Shown here one piece after another: positions 39,401-48,282 of a stretch of 64,000 nucleotides of DNA (the stretch's first letter is position 1; each line of letters starts with the position of its first letter). The DNA comes from a virus, in IMG/VR virus record IMGVR_UViG_3300025840_003418, positions 63,600-127,599 of that record. The stretch is one strand, 5' to 3'. Made by a program: the position numbers and the translations under genes. The notes under the pieces are model-generated. The model worked only from the letters and a program-made list of their open reading frames with translations. It searched no databases and was not told where the DNA came from.

Positions 39401-42400
39401 AAACTAAAACTATTGTTGTCTCTTAAAATACTACTAAATTTTTGCCTTAACGGTAAACCTTGTTCTGATAATAACGAATAGTCGTAAAACTCATCATATA
39501 TATCATCTACTACTGCAAAATCTTTCTTAAATTCTAATGCATATGCTCCCGGGCTTAACGAAAGTATTGTACCAGAAGCCCAGCCTTCAGACGTCCAAAT
39601 AACAAACTCTTGAAGTGCATTATTCCAATTTTCTATAGTATTAAATTTATCATTAAAATAGTCAAAAGTAAACCCTGTTGATTTTAAATATTCTTGATAT
39701 CCTAACAAGAAATCACAAACTTCCTGAGTACTTGTAAGTTTTGTGCCGTAGTTTAAATTAGAAATCTTTGTTTCAAACGTGGATTTAATAACTACAGACT
39801 TTCCTCCGTTTACCGGTAGATTGTCTAGTTTAAAATGAACATTAGTATCAAAGACGCTATCACTAGTATAATTAGACGACACTCTATAATATTCGTTTTT
39901 ATACTTGACTACTTGTCCTTTTATATATTTTTTATTTTCAGTCCAATCTGTACTTGGCTCTGGATCACCACCAAATGTAAACTCTCTATCGCCCTGTCTA
40001 GTTAATGGTTTAAAATATTTAAAATTAGGATTATTAAAGTTGTATCCTTTAACAATATATCCATCTGTTGCTTTTTCTATTATTACACCACTATACACAA
40101 TTACATCTATAGGTGAACTAGTATTTAAAAATACATCATAATTTTCTTGGGGAATAAAAATACCCGACGGTTGATCATTTGTAGGTGATTTACTATCTAA
40201 TATAATGCTTAGTTTGTCTTTGTCTGTAAATCCTGCTAATTTAAATCCTAACTGATTGTTTATATTTTTTAAATCATACTGATAATCATCATACAATGCA
40301 TATACATTTGATCCGATTAAATTATGCACAAAATTTACAAGTCCACTAGTAAACACACGTGAATTTTGATTTACTGTATTTGGTAATGATAACGATGCTA
40401 AATTAACTTGTTTTTGAGTACTTAGATATACGTTTTGATTTGCATTATTTTTTACTGTTCTTGATGTATCAAAAGCCATAGACATAAAATGTGCAGGTTT
40501 ATTAAGTAGCATTGCTTTTACTAATGCAAAACAATAAGAACTACTTCTACGCCATGCAGTTTCTACTGGAGAATGATCACCAAATTTGAAAGGTTTGCCT
40601 AAATCTCTAAACACAATATTTTCAATATGACCTGATTCAGCCGGTGACTTTAATTTACCTTGAGAATCTACTGGTACAAAATTAAGTAGTCCGGGTCTAG
40701 CATATAAAGGATTTATTTTAGTACCATTAGGATCTTTTATAGTGCCTGTTTCTAAATCTTTCCACAATACTATGTTATCAGATGTATAAGGTGATGCACC
40801 ATATTGTGTTTCCCACCATTCTGGCTTAATACTAAATCCTAACATTTCCCACGGATGTGTATGTGGACGGTCAGTGTCATATGCATTTATGTAAACGCCT
40901 CTCCAAAATCCCTCTACCGACTTTCCATTTTGATTTACAGATGTGCTATAATTGTATGTAAACGTATTATCTACATTATAAAAGTCATTTTTAGTATAAT
41001 CGGATATATTAGATCCTTGCATCCATTGAATAAAATCTTTTATCAGTATGTCGTTAACTTTATCTGAATTAATATAACTGTTTCTATATGATCCTGATAT
41101 AAAATTGTGTATATTAACTAAGGTTTTAGTATAATCGATCTTAATATTATTATAGATACGTTTTTCAAAATCTAATAACAAGTTATCTCTAAAGTCTTTA
41201 TATGCTCTAATAAAACTACCGTCGTGACCTCTTATTAATGCAATTACAGGATATTCTTCATAATCGGTATTTGGTGCTACGCCCTTTTTAACTAAAGACT
41301 TTGGTGCATAAAAGTATACTGGTAGACCGTTTAACTTTATTGTTTCTACTTCGCCATTGGCATCAGCATCTCTTGCTGTACTTCTATCAATATATAACGG
41401 ATAAAACCATCCTTGTGTAGTATGATTATTTTCTAATTGTCCATAACATGTATAGGCTAAAGTTGTATTAATTTCATCATCATTAACAAATGTATCATCA
41501 ATTGTAATTTCTGGATGATAACGAGGATACATTCCTAATTTTGTAGGTGTTGGCGGAACAAATGCTCCATCAGTATTGTCGTATTCATATATTTCTAATA
41601 TATCACCTGTTTGCTGAACAGAATCTAGATTAATAAATCCTTCATCTGTAAAATTATAATCGAGATTATAAATTAATTGTTTTCCGTTAAGATAAACATT
41701 AACTGATTTTTCTGATAGATTCGATAAATTAAATTTCTTAGATAATCCGTAAAACTTATCATCTTTATCAAATATAGTATGTACAATTTTATTTGTTGTA
41801 TTATATCCTAACATGTCTGAGAAATAGAAAGGCTGTGTTTCAGTTTTATCTTTATTAATTTCTTGTAAAACTTTATCTAAATGAAGTTTTGTTTCGCCGT
41901 CAAAGCCTAAATTAGTTGCAGTATTAATAACCTCTCTTTTAAACTTCTCATATTCTTTTGCATTATATTCTATAGCATTAACAATATTAAATTTCTTACT
42001 AGTTAAGTGATATAGCGGTAAATTTAAAGGACCTGTATGTTTAATAAATCTTTTTCCAAATTTATCAATATCTCCTAAATCTCGCAGATTACTGTTACCT
42101 GGAAACACACCGTCAAATTCTTGCAAATCTTCTACCATTGATAAAACTTGATCAGCAACTTCGCCAAATGTAAAACTTGTAATTTCTTCATTTAACGGAT
42201 TTTTTTCTAAATTTAAAGGTATTTCATAAAATCCATTGTCATTTTTATCAGCAGCAGAAGTAGTCTTTATTACAACACTGTCATTTTCGTTTAAGTCGTT
42301 AGTAAATATTACCGTTGCTTTAGAATCCTGTCTATAAATTGTATAATCGGTAATTTCTTTTTGTATATTATTATTAACAAATACACTTACAACTAAATCA

Positions 42401-44646
42401 TTTAAATCACCAGGAGCATTGTAAACATCAATAGCAAAATTATTTGCAGCATTAAGTGTAGCAATATAATGTCTAACTACTTTCTGACGTGTTTCCATAG
42501 GTGTACTTGACCAACCATTTGCATATTCAAATTTGTCTAAAGCAGAATATTTTTTAAGGAAAGATGTATCTGTACTAAGTGTTACAACCGATTCACCGTC
42601 CTCGTAACTAAAGGTGTCTGTTAGTAGATTAAAATCAAATACAATATCGCCGCTATTTTCTATGTTACGGTATGTAAGAGGAAATCCTAACTCTGGGTCT
42701 TCTGTTCCTCTACCTTCTTTATATGAGAATATTTTTGTTCCTTGGAATGTACTACTATTAAATAATTCTAAGTCACCATAATACTTTCCATCAGCATCAT
42801 ATAGACAGAATAAAGGTTGTTGGTTAGTTTTTGTTTTTTGTTGTGTTTTAATCCAATCTGTTCCATTATAATAGTAAACAATACCCTTGTTATTACTTCC
42901 AGATTTTATAAGTACATTTTCATCTAATAAAGGTGCAGTATCTTCTGATTCTATAAGTGTAATCAAAACATCATTATCTATCTTAACTTTTTTAACTTCA
43001 AATATTTTGTCTTTTACTAGTTTGTCTGTATCTTTTGTAAAGATAATTCTCATACCCTCTACAATATTCACACCATCAATATTATATCCTAATGAACCTT
43101 CAACCTCGCTAAAAACATCAGTAGTAAACGTATCTATTAGATCTACATCTTTTTTAATTTTTGTGCCAAATTTAAATAATCTTAGCCCTGGCTCAAATTC
43201 GATGATAGGTCTTTTTGCTTTACCCGACTCGTCGATTGCTTCATTAGAATGATTGTATTCGTTTGTCTTTTGTAAAACGGTCTTATGAAACCATCTGTTT
43301 GCTCTTGACCAACTGTTTCCGTCAATACTTTGTCTGCCAATTACAATATAATCTTTTGTTGTTGAATAATTTTCAGCATTATCGAACGGTAACTCATCAA
43401 AATCGTTTTTATCAAAGTCTAAAGGACGATCTGTAGAATTTGTTTGAATTACATTAAGAGACTCCTGTGGTACTAGCTTAATTGCAGAACCTACTCCTTC
43501 TACATAATAATTGCCTTCAGCGTATTTTTCAGGACTAGTTTGTCCTCTAAAATTAACTTTTAATCCGTTTGTAAATTCTATTCCATTGGCACTAGTGTAT
43601 TTTCTTGTGCCGATAATATCATCTTCAACATCTAAGAATGTGTTTTCCTCAATGTCGTAAATTCTTATTACACCACTTACATTTATATCATTTTTTGATA
43701 TGTAGTAAAGTCTATCAGGAGAGTTAAACGGAATTGTAAATTCTATTTTACCTTTTTCAAGATAAACGTTTGCAACTTCTTCGCCATTTTCTCCTAACTT
43801 ACGAATACCGTCAGGGTATAATGTTGAAACACTTTCGTCATCTTCAAACGTTACACTACCTTCATTTGGTAATACTAACCAATCGCCGGTGTCATATGTT
43901 GATCCGAATAAATCAACTCCAAATTTACCATCATCTTTGATGCCTTCTGTTGTAGCAACTACAACTGCTTCACCTGGCTTAAAACTTTTTGTTAGAGCAA
44001 ATGCTAACGGATGTCCTTCTGTATCTATTTCAAAAGTATATTTTTGACCTCTATATAATCTTAGTGTAGGATTTCTTTCCAACTTAGTATTAAACTGAAA
44101 CGATGCATCACCGTCAGCATCATCAACTGTAATAGTATATGTACTTTGAACTTCTCTAGACTGGCCTTGTACAGCAACCGAATTTGGTCCATCAGGTAAC
44201 CAGTAGTATTCTCTAAAATTAACAAATTTGTCCCAATCAATATTTGGGTTCCACGGATAACTTACTTGTGCATTAATATTACTGTGATTACTAGTATCTA
44301 CATTATAATATTTTAGTTGGTTTATATAGTCATTATAATCTTTATAAAAAGTTACATTATCTAAACTGTCTTTGATAACAGTTGCTGGTTCTAATTGGTA
44401 GTTTTCTCTATCTTTACTAGCAGGATCGCCGATGTAATTATCTGTAGATAAAAAACTTTTAGCAACTTTACGTCCAAAGTATCCACTAATCTTTTCTGCA
44501 ACTCCAGGTTGTATAAGTTGATCCACAGTAGATTGTAAAAACTTTTGATTTGCTTCTGAACGAAAAAATCTAGGTAAAAATCTAGCACTCTGTCTTTTAT
44601 CGTCATCTGGAGTAGGTAGTCCAAATTCTCCTTGTATATCGGCCAT
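30475..44646 (-). CDS. Giant (4723 aa) virion structural protein, probable baseplate wedge/hub scaffold
   Basis: One uninterrupted 14.2 kb ORF beside the gp6-like gene. Contains YIEEVKPFKT, aromatic W/Y...Y..G.VV.Y...YY modules, FG-GAP-like repeats and G.GY beta repeats. Confidence 0.75.
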   Translation of the reverse strand: MADIQGEFGLPTPDDDKRQSARFLPRFFRSEANQKFLQSTVDQLIQPGVAEKISGYFGRKVAKSFLSTDNYIGDPASKDRENYQLEPATVIKDSLDNVTFYKDYNDYINQLKYYNVDTSNHSNINAQVSYPWNPNIDWDKFVNFREYYWLPDGPNSVAVQGQSREVQSTYTITVDDADGDASFQFNTKLERNPTLRLYRGQKYTFEIDTEGHPLAFALTKSFKPGEAVVVATTEGIKDDGKFGVDLFGSTYDTGDWLVLPNEGSVTFEDDESVSTLYPDGIRKLGENGEEVANVYLEKGKIEFTIPFNSPDRLYYISKNDINVSGVIRIYDIEENTFLDVEDDIIGTRKYTSANGIEFTNGLKVNFRGQTSPEKYAEGNYYVEGVGSAIKLVPQESLNVIQTNSTDRPLDFDKNDFDELPFDNAENYSTTKDYIVIGRQSIDGNSWSRANRWFHKTVLQKTNEYNHSNEAIDESGKAKRPIIEFEPGLRLFKFGTKIKKDVDLIDTFTTDVFSEVEGSLGYNIDGVNIVEGMRIIFTKDTDKLVKDKIFEVKKVKIDNDVLITLIESEDTAPLLDENVLIKSGSNNKGIVYYYNGTDWIKTQQKTKTNQQPLFCLYDADGKYYGDLELFNSSTFQGTKIFSYKEGRGTEDPELGFPLTYRNIENSGDIVFDFNLLTDTFSYEDGESVVTLSTDTSFLKKYSALDKFEYANGWSSTPMETRQKVVRHYIATLNAANNFAIDVYNAPGDLNDLVVSVFVNNNIQKEITDYTIYRQDSKATVIFTNDLNENDSVVIKTTSAADKNDNGFYEIPLNLEKNPLNEEITSFTFGEVADQVLSMVEDLQEFDGVFPGNSNLRDLGDIDKFGKRFIKHTGPLNLPLYHLTSKKFNIVNAIEYNAKEYEKFKREVINTATNLGFDGETKLHLDKVLQEINKDKTETQPFYFSDMLGYNTTNKIVHTIFDKDDKFYGLSKKFNLSNLSEKSVNVYLNGKQLIYNLDYNFTDEGFINLDSVQQTGDILEIYEYDNTDGAFVPPTPTKLGMYPRYHPEITIDDTFVNDDEINTTLAYTCYGQLENNHTTQGWFYPLYIDRSTARDADANGEVETIKLNGLPVYFYAPKSLVKKGVAPNTDYEEYPVIALIRGHDGSFIRAYKDFRDNLLLDFEKRIYNNIKIDYTKTLVNIHNFISGSYRNSYINSDKVNDILIKDFIQWMQGSNISDYTKNDFYNVDNTFTYNYSTSVNQNGKSVEGFWRGVYINAYDTDRPHTHPWEMLGFSIKPEWWETQYGASPYTSDNIVLWKDLETGTIKDPNGTKINPLYARPGLLNFVPVDSQGKLKSPAESGHIENIVFRDLGKPFKFGDHSPVETAWRRSSSYCFALVKAMLLNKPAHFMSMAFDTSRTVKNNANQNVYLSTQKQVNLASLSLPNTVNQNSRVFTSGLVNFVHNLIGSNVYALYDDYQYDLKNINNQLGFKLAGFTDKDKLSIILDSKSPTNDQPSGIFIPQENYDVFLNTSSPIDVIVYSGVIIEKATDGYIVKGYNFNNPNFKYFKPLTRQGDREFTFGGDPEPSTDWTENKKYIKGQVVKYKNEYYRVSSNYTSDSVFDTNVHFKLDNLPVNGGKSVVIKSTFETKISNLNYGTKLTSTQEVCDFLLGYQEYLKSTGFTFDYFNDKFNTIENWNNALQEFVIWTSEGWASGTILSLSPGAYALEFKKDFAVVDDIYDEFYDYSLLSEQGLPLRQKFSSILRDNNSFSLKTKNTDSGIYNLALPLVQKEHVVIIDNETVFNDKIYQPRTGYRQERLKVLGYRSDNWLGGLNIPGFIYDDTHVTEWTRWQDYNIGSVVKYKEYYYVANNEVAGSYNFEFTNWVRLNEKPESKLIANFEYKINQFADFYDLDTDNFDLEQQKMAQHLIGYQKREYLSNIIQDDVSQYKFYQGYIQDKGTMNALDKLFNSIRGQGLEFYEEWALQVGKYGSTDNIKQIEIPITQSNLRESPQSIEFVEYLPEETFDKTYRVRPFDLLDKPQDFNVNTFPTTTNKEYILSGGYVHEDDIDFKTAAITDLKDVDINQMNIEQYIWVTFENPNNWNVYQIIDLEVNSASLSVFATPDESNQYYATITLTENQGFNLESGDYVAIVGAQLYNVFSFYEVISYIDNQIFIRVSEDNNIIDFDSENFDIYTIKKVRASNFEEFNTIARESKFESQRVWIDNYAGENRWAVLENTPSYKVLGSIVNPEDPEDSTNLEVFTDYASDFAISSNNKDLFLSSPESGNGKVFYYTRNREDTAHEFVQTFTSLELPFSTENAKYGKSVSVSDDGEFLAIGIPGASQIKTKYKGDYVSNVLYSKRDIVKYKESLWRANRNIVQEGTTQTFETYDSYINIESRIDQDSTNLTLLSQAYPGLGSTSGNDHILVRAPLAQHIATTTGDYIRLKWNELSYVNGSLTSVYKPWNDTLSTFGISTDFVSGWHRIQEKITRIIIINDYLRTVDTGDIVQSSTGSATVAKVKATSTDLMIYLKDEKGTFDTTDFLNLYDFANDLTAPIGTYTEVTLGETSEEFGLWLIDSPVYTSTNTPFETGKGLVYLDVLEASNYNAGTQTRIDYVNVLDTVNSIGEVNLARDRVNIIDQLTYNDPDNGIVLSDKWIVRVPTNLSNSVSSNLVGIGSSSNPSYEFYMYNYENAIDVSASGITHAITNKTQTVYDVWDGYIDIDFSGYTNFEGTIYGLKVGDVIQDVQRPLDINGQPSTNPTPTDHEATIVYIKRNTGVDFQKVRVYIKINSGLWDLEPNIAQVQILRLAGTTTDGTVREVNRLIGEINDFNADTVVPSGDAGKFLVFEADNDFAYSQYSEIFDQEYYFYTVLTQTLASEITASAPSSLNLDWSQIYHIETNEAGNPSLNGVGAVAIYSKSGINNYVLNQVLVSEFNFNVLNENFGKKVKILNSNNGYKLCVSSKGSGTEENSGIITFFEHGPIDVTNYRGKYNSNENYVIGETVSNEGRYYRARTTLTSDNDIDDSNSWEDISWRRTTDEKYRGTIAINSEYGKGSVVLYNNGLYKAKTNIITSATIGDLSTDASWTAVDNNVEYIGYIPWITSSLITGDAQFDNTDIVLFSDDFIVSENANILITKISQTGNSIALVVYVLDNGRYRYQQTIDDTDGNVGFATSFKLNPQGNKLAVSRTLDGIGSVHIYNFVSGQFDVNNPQIITPPSVFTTKKFGYTLSFGEENLAIGSLDARVFIDDSTDFIVNGIFTPEVYDQGVVYYYEEVNNNLIFAERITYGVIDDNAEQNVKINGNHLYIGASAQDNNQYQGEFFNYRKTYDAKTWTVTRQISDPVDIKKIKSAFLYNKTRDEIVSYLDFIDPIQGKIAGPAEKNITYKTPYDPASYNVGDAADTVFWSDDHVGKIWWDISKCKFTYPYQKSIQYQKDNWNELQPDASVDVYEWVESVYLPSTWDELSNLPEGSTLGISGTTLYGDTQFSKRFIYDNDSQTFSEIYYYWVRNKNSVPKTDTNRTISALDIARLIATPREQGYRFISFLSSNGISLNNCDSLITNDDIVLNIRYHIQDNRNQNEHDVYQILSDGLKNSAPHPIIETKWFDSLIGFDKSDRTIPDPALLEKNRYGIQNNPRQGMFKNRVEALKNLVDRVNIVLENNNIVDNIDMQRLNLVDELPTINSGLFDVTFNNETELTSINSKIKTPILKPVITNGKITNVQILDPGRGYKVPPTYTINGIGQDANFEIEINNLGQITRVNLTNNGSNYDNNTSITVRAYSALVITDNTLSDNSWAIYRYNSTEETWQKTRVQSYSVPRYWQYIDWYAAGYNALSKVDHYIKGTYQIEGTNAKLGQIIKVENVGTGGWLLLKRKSTTDNEDFTQVYDTIGRQNGTIKLLPSLYGVNSSTGFDNRSFDNFSFDKDPRIELRIILEAIRDDIFVGNLQNEYNQLFISSLRYILNEQRSVDWFFKTSFVKVKHHASTLEQDITFNVDNLDNYKSYIEEVKPFKTVLREFISNHTKTEETNTSVTDFDLPTYYDDIKEKIVPNNVKITNGEIVTTDDNITEYPRRNWLDNVGFEITDIKITNSGTEYTTKPAVEVIGGGGSGAVIEAFIGYGNITGLKIVYPGEGYTSIPTIQIAPPPNSEGVQATAYPVLGRSKPRTIRSTIKFDRNWPVLTQSVNTLEHTQSFTGTGTQTVFDLEWPMQVLNSTYVVYINNTEVLSGQYSVTNIQDMSKGYTRYKGRVVLSTPAGVGDTVTIVYNKSLEILNAIDRIKFAYNPNDNMISKDAAQLMDGIDYAGVQIDTLDFGTARGWGNGEWTDFDYDTDEELEDLIVELDGSSTSIILPRALELDVSYNIYRIGIDSNDNIFSNIRHDDENFGTAQQSNLNATCQTLVGDGETQVINLNDLGIMTAIREGESYVKIVVRKVTSDGSILPYGATYDTDISGGDLNYLNASGQRPEDIIIDGDNFVTPESAKSVEELVPGQVQDTLDMQVTTKGEDSAVYSYRIFKDITNNTTYKRIDSPTTKLSKELTQYDLQIEVKDATNLPEPDRELNLPGVLWIGKERIEYLVKDENRLRLIRRGTLGTGVRDVHPLGTPVYDQSRTKNITYEDVTQTQTVDSADVSSVASTFELGFIPNSVDEFEIFINGIRLTGKTSKLYNPNIAQDSPEGDEDVAADFTLSYVIENDTPVQAIIDITNSSLLEFATRNIVVTRKKGSMWNVIGESITETETSIGFFLRSGN

Positions 44647-47600
44647 TAGTAACTATATCCTCCGCCATTTGAATTATTCGAACTTCCAGAGTTAGGCGAA
44701 CTTACACTACTACTCGAACTTGAATTACCGGTGCTTGTTGCACTTGTGTTTGCTGTATTTGATGTAGTAGATACAGTTCTACTTTGTACTTCAGATGTTG
44801 ACGTAGTAATAGTTGTTACTACATTTCCTGATGCTTGTAAATTATCAGCTGTTAGTTTGTCAACAATTTCTATATTATCAACTGTGGCAGCACTAATAAA
44901 TATTTCGTCTGATTCGGCACTTATTTCAAATAAACTACCAAATGTCTGTGTCGATCTTTTTGGTACAACAACTATACTCAACAAAGTTGGACTTAACACA
45001 TTCATTATATAAGAACTAAGTTCTTGGAAGTAAAATGTGTCTCCAAAATCCCAATTTTCAATTTGAAAAAATTGATTTATTAAATCAATAATTTTACTCT
45101 TTAGTTCATTGTTGTTAATGGCAATTCTATCATTTTTTACAATTTTAAATGTTACTTGAAGATCTTCGTTAGCTTTATCGCCAAACAGCATTTTATACTT
45201 TACTGGATGAAATACAACTTCGTCACTTATACTTTTTATTTGATAAATTTCAGACCCGTAGTTTCTAAATAACTCGTCAGTGCTAGGTGGTAAAGGCTTT
45301 ACACTAAGACCACCGTTAATATATGCTCGCATTGCTTGATCATACGATTTAACAAGCAAAAACGTATCTAAAATATTAGAAGTTGCTGGATCAATTCTAT
45401 AATTAGAATCAGAAACATGTACATAATGAAATTTTAAATTATCTCTACCTATAAATGCTTTATAGTCATTTATAATACTAAGATTATTTTGAGTTTTATT
45501 TAATACCTTAAATAAATCAAAATCAGAAAAGTAAAAAATCTGTCCATCATCAAAATTTACATAAGAACCTAATTCTGAGTCATTAGCAAATTCAGTATTA
45601 ATAGTACCATTGCTATTATCAAAATATCGTTGTGAAATGATGTTATCTTTTTTAGTAATTTTCTGGAATATATATTTGTCATTGCCGATAATATCATTGA
45701 ACACTCCTAGATTATCAGCTATACCATCCGAATCACTGTCAACAAATTTTAACTGTATTTTAGTATTATCAACGTAGCCAAACGAGTCAGTATATGAATC
45801 AGAAATATGCCAAACAAAATCGTTATTAAATGCTATATTGTTTAATTGATCAGGTTGTGTGTTAATATTTAAAACAGTAATTTTGTCTTGTTGTACTTGA
45901 TTAGTCTTAGGATCGTATACTTTGTTATTACCATCATAGAAGAATTTTATTTCGTCTTTGCTTTCAAAAATATATCTTATGTTTCTATAATTAACTGTAT
46001 ATTGTTGTCCGTTAGTTTTAAAATAAAATATCCAGCTCGAATCTAAGTTAGATGAAAGAGTACTACCGGCGTTTTGCAAACCAAATTTAGAAGTTGTATT
46101 AATGTCTTCTGATTTTATAAGTTTCCATTGAGCACTATTTTGATCATATCGTATGCCAAAATCTTTGTAAGAAAATGCTCTATCTATTATTTGAGTTTTT
46201 AAATCTGCAGATAATGCTAATGCATATTTTGGCAGTATTTCTACTAATAAAGAACCATTAGGAATTACGTCATTAAATGTAATAGGTCCTTGACCTGTTA
46301 TTGTGTTTAGCGTCCCGTCAGCATCGACTGATTGTACCGAAACCCATTTATATGTAGAGGAACCTGGATGGTCAGCTGTACCTGCCATTATTGTATCGCC
46401 CATAAAGTGATACCCTGTAGGTGCTTCAAATTTACACAATGCTCCTGCTTGTAAATTTTTAAGTGCATTTACTGTGTAAGTTCCTACTGGGTAAATGTTA
46501 TCATTGTCGACGTTGTTTCCGCTAGGTGTAGAAAATATTTCGCCGCTGTCAAGAGTCTTTTCAAAATAACCAGTAGATGCATTTGTAGTTGATGTAACTT
46601 GTTTCCAATATGCTTGTAAATCGATTGTGCTTTGTTTAAAGAAATTTGCAATATAAAAATTTCTTATATTTGGAGACTTAATCCTAGGTTCAATGTCACT
46701 ATATAATATGCCTTCAATATCAGATTGTGTTACAAACGAAAAATTAAAACTATCTGTGAATTCTTCTTTATATAATACTCCGTCATTACCGTATAAATTT
46801 GTTGCTGAGTACTTACCGCTTGGATCTCGTAAATCTAAATACCTACTTATTCCACTTGATATTCTATTTACAGTTCGTGTTTTAATAATATCCTGATCAA
46901 TCCCTAAAGGACCAATATTATAGTCTTCAGCAGTTATTAGTCTGTTTTGTGTATAGTAAGTTGCTGGAGCATTTTGTTTTATATCTGCATCTGTTTCAGA
47001 CGGTCTTGCATTAGTTACAGAAGTTTTTAATCCTAGTGTAATTGTCAGTGTTTCTTGTCTATTAATTTTACTTACGTAAGGAATTTCGATTGTTACATTA
47101 CTAATAGTGTTAGGGTTAATTACCATATTTCTATTATCACTAGTTCTATAATACAAACGAAATTTACCTGCAGGTAAATTACCAAATACACCATCACTAA
47201 ACACAAGATTTACTCTGTCATTTACTCGAGTAGTAACTGCATAAACATTTTTGTTATTAGCAAATAAACTGTTATAAATTATGTTGTTACCTTCAACCGA
47301 ATCAAGTTTTGTCCATAAATCAAGTTCAAAACCATTGGTGTCAATACCATATAGCCATAAATCAGAATTATTAATATTTGAATTATCAATAGCAACAGTT
47401 TGATTTGGAATTGGGTTAGTAATATCAAACACAGCACTATCCATTGTACCTTGTCTAAAGTGCATAAAAAATCCTGTATTTGAACTTCCGGCGCCTTGAC
47501 CGTCATTTCTATACACAAACGATGGACTAACTCCAGGTAATGGTGGTTCTTCAATTATTGAATCTTCGCTTATAATTGTACTTGTAACTTCGAATTTAGT

Positions 47601-48227
47601 AGATATACCCTCTACTACAGCTTCAAAATTATATATCGGAACATCTGCATTTAACGCATTAAATGTATATTGCTCAGTAGTAATATTTTGTAAATTTGCA
47701 ATGTTAGATGGATTTCCAATAGAGTTTTCACCTGGCAATGCAGAATTTAAAATTTTATTAAATTGTTCAAAATAATTAGGATTTGATCTGTCATTCCATA
47801 CTACAGTTTTATTGGCTAAATTATTACCGTTAGTATCAATAATACCTTCAGTAGTTGATACACTATCAAACTTTAATAGTCCGTTGGCTGCTTTGTTCCT
47901 TGTAGGATTATACGAAATTAATCTAGCTAATCTTAGAACACTTTCTCGACGTTCTGCTGTTTCTAAAAAGTTTTCTCTAGCATTTAAGTCAATTCTGAAG
48001 GATAAGTTTTGTCCTAAAAATGCAATTAAATCGATTAGCGCAAGATATTCTGAACTTTCAATATAATCATTAAAGTCTTCTGGGTAATTTTGACGTAGGT
48101 AATTAATCATTGTCCTACGTAAGTTGTCAAAGTCGTAACTTTGAAAGTCTGCATTACGAAAAGACTGATAAACTCGTTTCCAATCTTCTGTTGCTAATAA
48201 TCGCGATTGCCTATCAGTTGATGACAT
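44646..48227 (-). CDS. Baseplate wedge protein, T4 gp6-like
   Basis: YDFDNLRRTMINYL...FNDY...LIDLIAF...ENFLETAERRESVLRLARLISYNP; ETDADIKQNAP..Y.TQNRLITAEDY. ATG 48227 follows AAGGA. Confidence 0.8.
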   Translation of the reverse strand: MSSTDRQSRLLATEDWKRVYQSFRNADFQSYDFDNLRRTMINYLRQNYPEDFNDYIESSEYLALIDLIAFLGQNLSFRIDLNARENFLETAERRESVLRLARLISYNPTRNKAANGLLKFDSVSTTEGIIDTNGNNLANKTVVWNDRSNPNYFEQFNKILNSALPGENSIGNPSNIANLQNITTEQYTFNALNADVPIYNFEAVVEGISTKFEVTSTIISEDSIIEEPPLPGVSPSFVYRNDGQGAGSSNTGFFMHFRQGTMDSAVFDITNPIPNQTVAIDNSNINNSDLWLYGIDTNGFELDLWTKLDSVEGNNIIYNSLFANNKNVYAVTTRVNDRVNLVFSDGVFGNLPAGKFRLYYRTSDNRNMVINPNTISNVTIEIPYVSKINRQETLTITLGLKTSVTNARPSETDADIKQNAPATYYTQNRLITAEDYNIGPLGIDQDIIKTRTVNRISSGISRYLDLRDPSGKYSATNLYGNDGVLYKEEFTDSFNFSFVTQSDIEGILYSDIEPRIKSPNIRNFYIANFFKQSTIDLQAYWKQVTSTTNASTGYFEKTLDSGEIFSTPSGNNVDNDNIYPVGTYTVNALKNLQAGALCKFEAPTGYHFMGDTIMAGTADHPGSSTYKWVSVQSVDADGTLNTITGQGPITFNDVIPNGSLLVEILPKYALALSADLKTQIIDRAFSYKDFGIRYDQNSAQWKLIKSEDINTTSKFGLQNAGSTLSSNLDSSWIFYFKTNGQQYTVNYRNIRYIFESKDEIKFFYDGNNKVYDPKTNQVQQDKITVLNINTQPDQLNNIAFNNDFVWHISDSYTDSFGYVDNTKIQLKFVDSDSDGIADNLGVFNDIIGNDKYIFQKITKKDNIISQRYFDNSNGTINTEFANDSELGSYVNFDDGQIFYFSDFDLFKVLNKTQNNLSIINDYKAFIGRDNLKFHYVHVSDSNYRIDPATSNILDTFLLVKSYDQAMRAYINGGLSVKPLPPSTDELFRNYGSEIYQIKSISDEVVFHPVKYKMLFGDKANEDLQVTFKIVKNDRIAINNNELKSKIIDLINQFFQIENWDFGDTFYFQELSSYIMNVLSPTLLSIVVVPKRSTQTFGSLFEISAESDEIFISAATVDNIEIVDKLTADNLQASGNVVTTITTSTSEVQSRTVSTTSNTANTSATSTGNSSSSSSVSSPNSGSSNNSNGGGYSY

Positions 48228-48282
48228 AAAAATTTCCTTCAATAATGTTTATATTTATGCAAGGAAATAATAGTATCTGTTA

